Positions 1 through 11,900 of a stretch of DNA of 64,000 bases are shown here, piece after piece (position 1 is the stretch's first letter; every line of letters begins with the position of its first letter). The DNA is from an uncultured Chloroflexia bacterium (GTDB lineage Bacteria; Chloroflexota; Anaerolineae; CG2-30-64-16). Location: contig CAWEMM010000006.1 of NCBI GenBank assembly GCA_963810095.1, forward strand, positions 864,001 through 928,000, given 5' to 3'. The position numbers and the translations under genes are program-made. The notes beneath the pieces were generated by a model that did not search any database, was not told the DNA's origin, and saw only the letters and a program-made list of their open reading frames with translations.

Positions 1-993
1 ATCGGCAATATCGACTATGCGGTCGATGCCATCGACGTCTATGCCAAAGGCTATCTCGAGGCACTGGACGTGGAGGCGATTCGCGATGGCGGGTTCAAAC
101 TCGTGGTGGACTACGCACATGCCCCTTCGGCCGAAGTGCTGCCCGAACTGCTGAACCGGCTGCAGGTCGACGCAGTGCCGCTTAACGCACGAGTCGACGC
201 GACCCGGCTGACGCTGGCCCAGGAGGAGTTGCGAGCCGGCCGCGCGCAGCTTGCCCGCATCGTCCGGGCGCTCGACAATGTGTCGCTCGGGATTCGCCTG
301 GATGTGGGCGGCGAGAAGCTATACGTGGCAGACGACACGGGCACCACCGCTCCTGACCGGGTCATGTCGGCCGCCATGGCCGCCCTCGTCTTCCGCAGCC
401 ATCCGGGGTGCACGGTCGCGGTCACTACCGACCAACCCGACGTGTATGAGCAGCTCGCCAACAGGTACGGCGGCCAGGTTCGCCGCACGCCGGTAGACCT
501 GCAGGCGCTGATGTCGGCCGCAACCGAGCCCGACGTGGTCATGGCAACGGACGGCAGCGGCAACTACGCCTTCCCAGACCTCTATCCGGGCATCGACGGG
601 CTGTTTGCCGTGGGTAAGCTGCTGGAGCTCCTCGCGCGCCAGCGCACGACGCTGTCACAGGTGATCGCAGACCTACCCCCCTTCCATGTGGCGACCGGGC
701 ATGTAGACGGCGCCTGGGAGACGAAGGGGCGGGTCATGCGCTGCCTGATCGAGCAGTTCAGCAAGCTGCGGCATGAGACGGTCGACGGCATCAAGGTCCA
801 TCTGGGTGACCATGAATGGGTGCTCATCCGCCCCGACAACGACACCCCACAGTTTCACCTCACCGCGGAGGCCAGGTCGCTGCCTTCCGCACAGGAACTC
901 ATTGCGGACTACGGCGGGCTGGTCCGGCGATACATTCAGGAGCCTTGCTCAGACGACGAGCCCCCCGGCGGACCAGGCGAACGCTGGGGCTAG
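1..993 (+). CDS. C-terminal part of a phosphomannomutase-like protein, probably a nucleotidyltransferase-PMM fusion; 5' truncated by the window
   Basis: Frame 1 is open from base 1 (IGNIDYAVDA...). PMM domains II-IV are recognisable (KLVVDYAH, DGIKV, WVLIRP), but LDVGGEK replaces the DxDxDR metal loop. Confidence 0.75.
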   Translation: MGNIDYAVDAIDVYAKGYLEALDVEAIRDGGFKLVVDYAHAPSAEVLPELLNRLQVDAVPLNARVDATRLTLAQEELRAGRAQLARIVRALDNVSLGIRLDVGGEKLYVADDTGTTAPDRVMSAAMAALVFRSHPGCTVAVTTDQPDVYEQLANRYGGQVRRTPVDLQALMSAATEPDVVMATDGSGNYAFPDLYPGIDGLFAVGKLLELLARQRTTLSQVIADLPPFHVATGHVDGAWETKGRVMRCLIEQFSKLRHETVDGIKVHLGDHEWVLIRPDNDTPQFHLTAEARSLPSAQELIADYGGLVRRYIQEPCSDDEPPGGPGERWG

Positions 994-1019
994 TGGCGTG
1001 CATTTGGGTTACGAGCCTT

Positions 1020-1104
1020 ACCACAGAGACACCAGGACACCAGGGATCGCGAAGGGTCCAGGGATCCCTTTGTGCCACTTTGAGCCTTTGTGTGTCGGTG
1101 GTGA
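1020..1104. repeat. Intergenic palindromic element with 9-bp periodic arms (ACCAC-type)
   Basis: ACCACAGAGACACCAGGACACCAGG ... CTTTGTGTGTCGGTGGT; relatives at 26884-26969 and 33770-33852. Confidence 0.6.
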
Positions 1105-1132
1105 CGGCGAACTCATAATGAGGTAAACACCG

Positions 1133-2587
1133 ATGGCGATTACGTTTGGGACGGACGGCTGGCGGGCCGTCATCAGCGACGAGTTCACCTTTGCCAACGT
1201 TCGGTTGGTGGCGCAGGCGATTGCGGAAGTCCTGCTCGAGAATGCAGCTGCAAACGGCGCCGCGTTAAGCAACCAGCCACCGCGGGCCGTGGTCGGGTTT
1301 GACACCCGCTTCCTCTCAGACCGCTATGCGCGAGCCGTTGCCGAAGTCTTGGCGGCCAACGGTGTGTGTGTGAGCCTCGCCAAGGGAGACGCGCCGACGC
1401 CGGTCGTCTCATTCGCGATCCCGACCCTTGGCGCAGTGGGCGGCGTGATGATCACCGCCAGCCACAATCCGCCGCGCTACAACGGCATCAAGCTCAAGTC
1501 GGCATACGGCGGCAGTGCGACCGTAGCCGATACCAAGCGCGTTGAGGCGAAGCTCGCCGACGCGCTGGCCGCCGGCCGCGAGCCGCGGCGCTTGGACCTC
1601 GACCAGGCCATGACCGCGGGCATGATCGACCGCTTCGATCCGTTCCCGGGCTATGCCGCGCATCTGGAACGGCTGATCGACTTCGACACCATCCGCCGCG
1701 CACACTTGAAAGTGGCGGTCGACGCGATGTACGGCGCCGGCCGCACCTACTTGAAGAAGCTGCTCGAAGCGGCCGGCTGTGACGTCACCGAGATTCGCGG
1801 CGAGATGAACCCCGGTTTCAACGGCATCCATCCAGAGCCCATCGCCAAGCACCTGGCGCGGCTGATGGAGATGACGCCCGAAGAAGGCTTCGACCTGGGA
1901 CTCGCAACCGACGGCGACGCAGACCGGATCGGCGCGGTCGATCCGACCGGCCGCTTCGTCGACCCACACCGGATCATGACGCTCGCCCTCAAGTACTTGG
2001 TCGAGGTGCGCGGGCTGCGGGGCGACGTCGTAAAGACCGTTTCCACCACGCAAATGCTTAACCGACTGGCGGCGAAATACGGGCTGGGGCTGCACGAGAC
2101 GCCGGTGGGCTTCAACTACATCGGCGACCTGATGCTGGCGAACAACGTGCTGATTGGCGGCGAAGAGTCGGGCGGTATCAGCATCAAGGGTCACATCCCC
2201 GAGGGTGACGGGGTGCTCATGGGGCTGCTGATTGCCGAGTTAGTGGCATATTACGGCGAGTCGCCCGAGGCGCTGATGGCCGAGATCATGGCGGAGATCG
2301 GGCATTTCGACTACGCCCGCAATGATTTCAAGGTTAAGCCGTTCGACAAGAAAGCTTTGGTGGCGAAGCTGGTGGACATGGCCCCGCAAGAGATGGGCGG
2401 CGTCGCAGTTGCCAGCGTGAACACCCGCGATGGGGTCAAGTACCTGCTCGCCGACGATAGCTGGCTGCTGATCCGGCCGTCGGGCACTGAGCCGGTCCTG
2501 CGGGTCTACGCCGAGGCGCACACACCCGAGGCGGTGCAGGCGCTGCTTGCCGAGGGACGGACGCTGGCGGACGCAGCCGGAGTGTAG
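1133..2587 (+). CDS. Phosphoglucomutase/phosphomannomutase family protein
   Basis: FGTDGWR, ITASHNP (phosphoserine loop), DGDADR, GEESGG, IRPSGTEP; RBS GAGG. Confidence 0.95.
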   Translation: MAITFGTDGWRAVISDEFTFANVRLVAQAIAEVLLENAAANGAALSNQPPRAVVGFDTRFLSDRYARAVAEVLAANGVCVSLAKGDAPTPVVSFAIPTLGAVGGVMITASHNPPRYNGIKLKSAYGGSATVADTKRVEAKLADALAAGREPRRLDLDQAMTAGMIDRFDPFPGYAAHLERLIDFDTIRRAHLKVAVDAMYGAGRTYLKKLLEAAGCDVTEIRGEMNPGFNGIHPEPIAKHLARLMEMTPEEGFDLGLATDGDADRIGAVDPTGRFVDPHRIMTLALKYLVEVRGLRGDVVKTVSTTQMLNRLAAKYGLGLHETPVGFNYIGDLMLANNVLIGGEESGGISIKGHIPEGDGVLMGLLIAELVAYYGESPEALMAEIMAEIGHFDYARNDFKVKPFDKKALVAKLVDMAPQEMGGVAVASVNTRDGVKYLLADDSWLLIRPSGTEPVLRVYAEAHTPEAVQALLAEGRTLADAAGV

Positions 2588-2607
2588 ACCTAACCGCTTG
2601 AAGATTT

Positions 2608-2640
2608 AGAAACCAGGTTTCTTCGAGAAACCTGGTTTCT
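2608..2640. repeat. Perfect 15-bp inverted repeat (REP-like or bidirectional terminator)
   Basis: AGAAACCAGGTTTCT-TCG-AGAAACCTGGTTTCT between convergent genes; each arm is itself palindromic. Confidence 0.75.
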
Positions 2641-2667
2641 TCATGTGCCGGACCGTTCGATCCCGGG

Positions 2668-3571
2668 CTAGGGCAGAATCTCGATTTCCATCCCGCCCAG
2701 CCGCTCAGCGTCCGCCACGAGCTCGATTGCAGCGACCTTCCCATTCCGCTGCGTGAACACGAACGCCACCCGCGGCACGCCCCCGGTGGCCCAGACCATG
2801 CCGGGAACACCGTCGATCAGGGCGAGTTGCGCGGCCTGGGCCCGGCCGGCGAACTGCTCGGCCACCACCGGTGCACCCCGCAGTTCCCCCGTCAGCCAGC
2901 CCGTGCCGCGCGCCCATCCGCACCGCCGCCTCGTCGGCTCGCAGCGCGACGTCCGGATCGAGCACCTCGAGCAGCGCCCGAAGGTCACCGCCACGCGAAG
3001 CCCTGAAGAACGCCTCGACGATCGCCTTCTGCCGCGCCAAGTCGGCTTGGGCTTCCTCTGCCCGCCGCCCATCGGGCGCTCGCCCACCGGGCGCCCCCTG
3101 CACCCGCCGCCGGCCGCGGCTGGCGAGCTGGCGGGCCGCGACGGGCGAGCGCCCGACGATGCCGGCAATCTCCTCGAAGGGCACGCCGAAGACGTCGTGC
3201 AGCACGAACGCGACGCGCTCGGCCGGGGCGAGGCGCTGAAGCACTGCCAGCATGGCCACCCCGATCGACTCCGCAAGCAGCGCTTCGTGTTCGGGGTCGG
3301 CCGCGTCCGGAATGGCGGCGTGGTCCTCGGCCAGCGGCTCCTCGCGCCGCGACCGCCGCGCGCGCAGCCGATCCAAGCATAACCTCGCCACTACCGTGGT
3401 GAGCCACCCGCTGAGGTTCTCGACCTCACTTGTGTCGGCCCGGCTCAACCGCAGCCAGGCCTCCTGCACCGCGTCGTCCGCCTCGCCGTCCGAGCCAAGC
3501 AGCCGGTATGCGACCCCATGTAATCGGGTTCGATCCGCCTCGAACTGCTCCACCAGCCACGCCTCATCCAT
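2668..3571 (-). CDS. ECF41 (SigJ-like) sigma factor with C-terminal SnoaL-like extension; frameshift near 2910
   Basis: AYRLLGS..ADDAVQEAWLR, WLTTVVARLCLD, ERVAFVLHDVF, RQLASR in ORF 2705-3571; the C-terminus (GELRGAPVVAEQF...IELVAD) is in the frame ending at 2668. Confidence 0.85.
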
Positions 3572-3572
3572 C

Positions 3573-3599
3573 TGTCACATTCTCCTGCCCCGGTACGTC
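3573..3599 (+). promoter_or_regulatory. ECF41-type promoter for the VOC gene
   Basis: TGTCACA (3573-3579), 16 nt, CGTC (3596-3599), matching the ECF41 consensus TGTCACA-n16-CGTC. Confidence 0.8.
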
Positions 3600-3655
3600 A
3601 TAGAGTTACAAGAGCTACAGAAAGCTCACAGACCCTATGATATAGGAGATGCAAC

Positions 3656-4051
3656 ATGAAGATCAAGCTGACAAGCATTTACGTGAACGACCAGGAGAAG
3701 GCTCTCCGCTTTTATACCGACGTGCTGGGTTTCGTGAAGAAGGCAGACTTCAGCAACGGCCCGTATCGCTGGCTGACGGTGGTCTCGGCCGAGGAGCCCG
3801 ACGGGACGCAGCTGCAGCTGGCGCTCGACGACAATCCGGCGGCGAAAGCCTACCAGCAGGCGATCTTCCAGCAGGGCCAGCCCGCGGCGATGTTTTATAC
3901 TAACGACGTCCAGGCCGATTATGAGCGAATCAAGGCGCGCGGGGCCACATTCACAATGCCGCCAACCCAGGTCACGGGCTCGACCATTGCGGTCGTGAAC
4001 GATGGATGCGGCAACCTGGTGCAGTTGGCGCAGCTGTCCTGGCAGGGTTAG
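3656..4051 (+). CDS. VOC/glyoxalase family protein
   Basis: IYVNDQEKALRFYTDVLGF, RWLTV, DGCGNLVQL; RBS AGGAG. Confidence 0.9.
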   Translation: MKIKLTSIYVNDQEKALRFYTDVLGFVKKADFSNGPYRWLTVVSAEEPDGTQLQLALDDNPAAKAYQQAIFQQGQPAAMFYTNDVQADYERIKARGATFTMPPTQVTGSTIAVVNDGCGNLVQLAQLSWQG

Positions 4052-4129
4052 TCCCGCCGGAGTCGATGCGTCCCCGCATGCTGCCAGCAACTTACATGCG
4101 GGGACGCTCCACTTTAAAGGGAGGAACGT

Positions 4130-4562
4130 GTGGAAACGAACGCAAGCGAACGGATTGATGAACTGATTACCAACACCCCGGACTGGCGCGGCGCGACCAT
4201 CGCGCAGCTGCGGCGGATCATGCACGAGGCCGACCCGGAGATCGTCGAGGAATGGAAGTGGATGGGGTCGCCGGTGTTCTCGAATCGCGGGATCGTCTGC
4301 GTCGTCACCCTGCTCAAGAACAAGGTCAAAGTGACCTTCAACGACGGCGCCCGGCTGGCAGATCCGGACGGGGTGTTCAACGCGGGGCTGGATGGAAACA
4401 AGTGGCGGGCGATCGACATCGACGAAGGGTACGTGATCGACGAAGCGGCGCTTGGGCGCGCTCGTCCGCACGGCCGCCGGATATAACTCGGCCAAGGCAA
4501 AGCCCACGTCGAAAGCTCGCAGCGGGGGCAAGCCGCCCGCACAGCAGGCCAACTCGCTCTAA
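4130..4562 (+). CDS. DUF1801 (YdhG-like) protein; frameshift near 4455
   Basis: DWRGATIAQLRRIMHEADPEIVEEWKW, GARLADPDGVFN; the expected ALVRTAAGYN tail continues in another frame to TAA at 4560-4562. Confidence 0.8.
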
Positions 4563-4646
4563 CACCCCTCTAACGGGCTGCATACACTCATCTAATGCCA
4601 GAACCTTAAGCTGTTGAATGTAACGCAACTGCGAGGAGTGGATACG

Positions 4647-6578
<1,932 letters not shown>

Positions 6579-6610
6579 GCTCTAGGGGCGCGACTGACAC
6601 GGGCAAGGCC

Positions 6611-6654
6611 GACAGGGGCGAGGCAAAAGCAATTGCCTCGCCCCTGTCTTGTGT
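6611..6654 (+). terminator. Probable intrinsic terminator after dnaK
   Basis: 16-bp perfect stem GACAGGGGCGAGGCAA/TTGCCTCGCCCCTGTC followed by TTGTGT. Confidence 0.7.
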
Positions 6655-6745
6655 GTCCCGTCAGGCAATTGTCGGCCGCGTAACAGGTACGTTTAAGGTT
6701 CGCTTGCTATAATGCGTAATGTACAGGCAACCAACAGGAGCTACC

Positions 6746-7429
6746 ATGTTCTTTGATCCGATGTATTTTATCTTCCTGATGCCCGCGCTGCTGCTGGCTT
6801 TCTATGCACAGATGAAGGTGCGGGGCGCGTACGCCAAATGGACAAAGGTGCGCAACGCCCGCGGCATGACCGGTGTGGACGCCGCCCGCGCCATCCTCGG
6901 CCCCGAGGGGCTGTTCGACGTGCAGGTGGAAGGCACGCCGGGCCAACTAACCGACCATTACGACCCGCGCTCGAAGAAGCTGCGGCTGTCGGCCGGCGTG
7001 GCCCAGCAGCCCAGCGTGGCCGCACTTGCCATCGTCGCACACGAAATCGGCCATGCGCTGCAGGACCACACGGGTTATGCCCCGCTGAAACTGCGCGGCG
7101 CCATCGTGCCTGCCGTCACGGTCAGCTCCTGGGTTGCGCCGATCCTGTTCTTCATCGGCCTGTTCCTGGGCTTGACTCAGCTGGCGTGGGTGGGCGTGAT
7201 CCTGTTCGGCATGGGCGCCTTGTTCGCCCTGATCACGCTGCCCGTCGAACTTGACGCCAGCAAGCGCGCGCTGCGGCTGCTCCAGTCGTACCAACTGGCC
7301 GACGGGCCGGAGTTGCGCGGCGCCAAGTCGGTGCTCGACGCGGCAGCTTTGACTTACATTGCTGCCCTGGCGCAGACGCTGCTGACCCTGCTCTACTACG
7401 TGTCGATCCTGGGCCGGCGCCGCGACTAA
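6746..7429 (+). CDS. Membrane zinc metallopeptidase (YugP/Zn_peptidase_2 family)
   Basis: LTDHYDP, AHEIGHALQ (HExxH), TLPVELDAS, AAALTY; extended -10 TGCTATAAT at 6705-6713. Confidence 0.9.
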   Translation: MFFDPMYFIFLMPALLLAFYAQMKVRGAYAKWTKVRNARGMTGVDAARAILGPEGLFDVQVEGTPGQLTDHYDPRSKKLRLSAGVAQQPSVAALAIVAHEIGHALQDHTGYAPLKLRGAIVPAVTVSSWVAPILFFIGLFLGLTQLAWVGVILFGMGALFALITLPVELDASKRALRLLQSYQLADGPELRGAKSVLDAAALTYIAALAQTLLTLLYYVSILGRRRD

Positions 7430-7458
7430 CGAAGCTTTAGGACCTCCAGGGATGTTGG

Positions 7459-7506
7459 GACCTCCGAGGTTGCGTCACTTCGGTGACGGCCGCAACCTTG
7501 GAGGTC
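7459..7506. repeat. Long intergenic hairpin (REP-like) with CTTCGG tetraloop
   Basis: GACCTCCGAGGTTGCGTCAC-TTCG-GTGACGGCCGCAACCTTGGAGGTC. Confidence 0.6.
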
Positions 7507-7533
7507 TGGCCCTATACAACGAGGAGTTTCTTG

Positions 7534-8901
7534 ATGAATCGATCCCGAACGCTCGCGCTCCTTATTGCCCTGGTCATCCTGAGCCTTTCATTGATGGGTT
7601 GCGGGCTGGTCTCGGCGTCCGTCCGCCTGCTTTCCGAGCCGACCCCCACGCGCCTGCCCAGACCGCAGGCGTTGCCATTGGCCACGCGCACCCCCCACGT
7701 TCAGGCCCAACCGCCCGCGACCATGCAGGCCGTGCCCCCAGGACAAGCCACCCTGCAAAAGCCAGCGCAGCCGACCGCCGGGGCCATCCCGGGCCAGGGC
7801 CAGGGCGAGGCCCAACCGGGCCAGAACGGGCAGTCCGTCCAGGTGCCCCAGGTGGCAGACGCCGACTCGCGGGTGTTTACGGCCGTCTACAAGAAGGTGA
7901 GCCCGTCGGTCGTGCGCATCGACAACCTGACGCGCATCTCGACCAACAGCCAACAAACGGACCCGACGGGCGACGCACTCCCTGAAAGCCAGGGCTCAGG
8001 CTGGGTGTGGGACGCTAACGGCTACATCGTCACCAACAACCACGTGGTTGAGGGTGCGGACGCACTGAACGTGACCTTTGCGGACGGCATCGAGCTTCCG
8101 GCGGATCTGGTGGGGACGGACCCCGACAGCGACATTGCGGTCGTCAAGGTTGACCCGACGCACGTTCAGTTGGTGCCGACCGAGCGCGGCAAGCTGGAAG
8201 ACGTGGTGGTGGGCCAGCGGGCGATCGCGATCGGCAACCCGTTCGGCTATGACAACAGCATCACGACCGGCATTGTCAGTGCGCTGAACCGCAGCATCGA
8301 GTCTCAGTCGGGATACAGCATCCCGCTTGCCGTCCAGACGGACGCGGCGATCAACCCGGGCAACTCGGGCGGCCCCTTGCTTAACGATCGCGGCCAGGTC
8401 ATCGGGGTGAACTTCCTCATCAGCTCGCCGGTGCGCAGCAACTCGGGGGTCGGCTTTGCCATCCCGATTAACATCGTCGAGCGGGTCGTCCCCGCGTTGA
8501 TCGAGCGCGGCGAGTACAAGCACGCCTGGTTGGGCGTGAGCGGCCGCACCTACAGCCCCGCATGGGCCGATGCCCTGGGCTTCCCGACGGATGCACGAGG
8601 CGCTTACGTCATGTCGGTCCGGCCGGATGGCCCGTCACGCGCTGCGGGACTGGTCGCGGGCTCGCAAGACACGAAGATCCCGTTGGCGGCTGGCATGGGC
8701 AGCGTCTTGTACCTGCAGAAGGGCGGGGATTTGATTGTGGGGATCGACGACCAGCCCGTGACGACGTTCGACGACATCCTGGTCTACCTGGAGAGCTACA
8801 AAGCGCCGGGAGACCAGGTGCAGCTCCGTATCCTGCGCCCCGGCCAGGGTGATGGGATTCTGACTGTAACGCTCGGCGAACGCCCTCGCTTGACACAGTA
8901 G
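7534..8901 (+). CDS. HtrA/DegP-like S1C serine protease lipoprotein with PDZ domain
   Basis: Lipobox LMGC, TNNHVV, DIAVVK, INPGNSGGPL, C-terminal PDZ. Confidence 0.93.
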   Translation: MNRSRTLALLIALVILSLSLMGCGLVSASVRLLSEPTPTRLPRPQALPLATRTPHVQAQPPATMQAVPPGQATLQKPAQPTAGAIPGQGQGEAQPGQNGQSVQVPQVADADSRVFTAVYKKVSPSVVRIDNLTRISTNSQQTDPTGDALPESQGSGWVWDANGYIVTNNHVVEGADALNVTFADGIELPADLVGTDPDSDIAVVKVDPTHVQLVPTERGKLEDVVVGQRAIAIGNPFGYDNSITTGIVSALNRSIESQSGYSIPLAVQTDAAINPGNSGGPLLNDRGQVIGVNFLISSPVRSNSGVGFAIPINIVERVVPALIERGEYKHAWLGVSGRTYSPAWADALGFPTDARGAYVMSVRPDGPSRAAGLVAGSQDTKIPLAAGMGSVLYLQKGGDLIVGIDDQPVTTFDDILVYLESYKAPGDQVQLRILRPGQGDGILTVTLGERPRLTQ

Positions 8902-8919
8902 CACCGGGCAAGGAAAAAA

Positions 8920-8968
8920 AACGGATCAACGGACGACGGCCTTTGCGCAGCCATCCGTTGATCCGTTT
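8920..8968. terminator. Hairpin between convergent genes
   Basis: AACGGATCAACGGA...TCCGTTGATCCGTT, preceded by an A-run that gives a U-tract on the minus strand. Confidence 0.65.
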
Positions 8969-8994
8969 CGCGCCACAGGGCAGCCGGCGGAGCG

Positions 8995-11900
8995 TTACTG
9001 CCCCTTCACCAGCCCGAAGTCAAACTCTGCAACCCAACCGGAGTCGGCGGTCGACGTGCCCGCGCAGTTGACCGTGCGCAGGGTGTAGAAGTAGTTCGTG
9101 TCGGGATCGCCGACGGTCGGCGCCGGCTGGTCGACAAAGCTCCATGCCTTGCCGCTATACACCTTTTCGCTGCCCGGCGCTCCCGGTCCGGCGTAGGGCG
9201 GCGTGGCCCGCCACAGCTCATAACTGTCGTGCATCGAGCCGGCCCAGCTTGTCAGGGTGAAGACCTTACCCTGTATGGCGATCTTGGGCGACGTCGCCGT
9301 GGCCGGTCCGCAGATGCGTGTGTTGGCCCAGGCCTTGTTCGTCACGCTGCTCACGGTCGCGGTGGCTTCATTCGTGATATTGCTGTTTGCCGGCGCCGTC
9401 GCGTTGGCCTTGAAGCCCAGCGTCGCGGTCGTCGCCTCCAGCCCCACCCACACGTCCTTCGAGCCATCGGGCACAGTGCCCGTCTTCGTGCCGCTGCCGC
9501 TGTAGAAGTAGTACTGGACGCCCTCGTTGCCGGCCAGGTTCTCAGCGCCGATGCCCGCGGTGGGCGACGCCGTGCCTATGGTCGAGTTGAAGCCGGCCGG
9601 GTACGAGAACCAGATATTGTCGGTGCCATCCTCGATCCACAACTGGAACGAGAAGCGCTGGTTGGTCGCCTTAAGCCGGATGTTCTCCCACTCGACGACC
9701 GTGTGCGGCTTGCCGTTGCGGATGGTCAGGACGAGGTACATATTGCCGCCGGTCAGGTCGAGGTCGGCCCAGAACGGCGCCAGCAGGTTCTCCTGCATAT
9801 CGCCCGGATCGTTGGTCGGGAACTTGGTCGGCGTGCCCGTGGGGCAGAGCGGCGAGGTGGGGATGCCCGCGCGGACCACGCCGTTCATCGACACGAGGAT
9901 GTCGGTGTAGTGCGTGTCCAGGTAGTAGAAGTCCATCCCACCGAGCGAGAAGCAGCCGTTGTCGAGGCTTAAGCCGGCCAGGTCGGCAGGCGGCACCTGG
10001 CCCGCCATCTCTTCGTAGCCGCCGAGGTTCTTCTCGCGCCACACAAAAGCCGATGGGCCGAGGCTGACGTTGCCGCTCAGCGTGTTGGTCCCGCTGTTGT
10101 AAGTCCAGCCGCCCGTGGCCGAGTTCGCGACGTACGTCGAGCCCGCGGGCACCACGTCGGAAACGGCGAACGTCTGGCTCGACTTCAGCTTGTTCTTCAC
10201 CGTGACCGTGTAAGTCATCTGCGCGCCGGCGCCCGCACCGGCCGGCGTCACCGTCTTGACGATCTTGCCGGAGTCAGTCGAACCCGCCACCTTGATCGCA
10301 ACCGGCATGTGGAACTGCGGCGCCTTGCCGTCGGCTTCGGTGTAGACGACGGTGCCGAAATACCACTGGCCCGGCGTGAGACCGCTGACGTCCGTGATGT
10401 TCACGCCCAGGGCCTGCGTTGCGCCAGCATTGATGCTGAAACTCGGTACGGTCAGCGTCCCGACCAGGCCGTCGCTGCCCACGAACACGCCGTTCCAGGT
10501 CATCTGCTGGCCCGTCGGGTTGCGGACGGTGCGCGTCCAGCCGCACGACTTGTAGCACGCGTCGTCGCCCATCGAAGGGTAGTTGAGCGTCTTGGGGTCG
10601 CCGGCTGGCGTAGCGGCCGGGTTCGCTGCGGTGTACTCCGCGCCGGTGATGTTCAGCAGCAGGCCGGCGTTGAGGGCATTCGTGATGTTGACCCGGCCCG
10701 CACCCCGGTCGAACGGATCGGTCGGCGTCGCGCCGTCTTCCTTGCGCAGCGAGTTGTCCCACAGGCTGGTCGTCATCATCGCGGACTGGATTTCCGCCAC
10801 CGACCACGCCGGATACTTCGCCTTCATCATCAGCGCACCCGCGCCGGCCATGTGCGGGCTCGACATGGACGTGCCGCTGATAATGTTATACTCGGGTGCG
10901 GTGAACAGCGGGTCGGTGCCCCACGCGGCCATGATGTCCACGCCGGGCGCCGTCATGTCGGGCTTGATGAGGTCGGGCACCTGGTTGTTCTGCCCGCGCG
11001 AAGAGAATGCTGCCATCACGTCGCCGTTGTTCGGCTGGATGTCCTTGACCGTGCCAAGGATGCCGCCTGCGTGGCCTGTACCCGTCGCGAGCCAGTCCTT
11101 GAGCGTGACACCCTCGGCATAGGTAATGTGCACGCCGGGGATCGCATAGCCGTCGGCGATTTCCTCGTCGCCGTTCGACGCAGCGTTGACGAGGATCATG
11201 CCCACCCCACCCGCGGCCTTGACGTTGTCGGCTTTCTCGACGCGGGCATTATTGCCGCGGTCGCAGATGACGAGCTTGCCCGCGAGCGCCGTGGCCGACC
11301 ATACGCCAGAGAGACAGAGCGGATTGTTGTTCACGTTGCCAGCGTAGACGATCGGCGCGGGGCCGAGCGAGGTCGTCACGCTGCGCCCGTAGATGTCGGG
11401 CAGGCCCACGCCGTCAGACCGGGTCAGGTTGATCGCCGCGTTGATAAGCGCCCGGTCGTGGGTGGAGGCAGCCGTAGTGGTGACCCACGGGCTGCCGTGT
11501 GCCACGGTCGCTGCGCCCGGGCCCGAGTTGCCGGCGGAGGCCGAAACGAATGCGCCTGCATTGCGGAGGCCAAGGAAGGCCTGCTCGTCGGCCGCCACCC
11601 AGGGGCTCTCGCCCGAGCCGCTGATCGAATAGTTCACCGCGTCGACCTGGTCGGTCGCGGCCTGGTTGAGGGCAGCGACGAGATCGGTGTTGTTGCAGCC
11701 GCTGGGCGTGCAGGCGTCGTATGCTATGATCATGGCGTGCGGTGCGACGCCGGAGATGGTCATCGGTACGTCGATCGTCGGCGCGTGGAAGGTGACCGCA
11801 CCCACCCGGTTGCCGCCTGCAGTCGAAGCCGTGTGCGAGCCATGGCCCTCGAGGTCTTCGGGATCGTTGCCGCTGTTGGCGTAGCTGTAGAGGCCGATTA

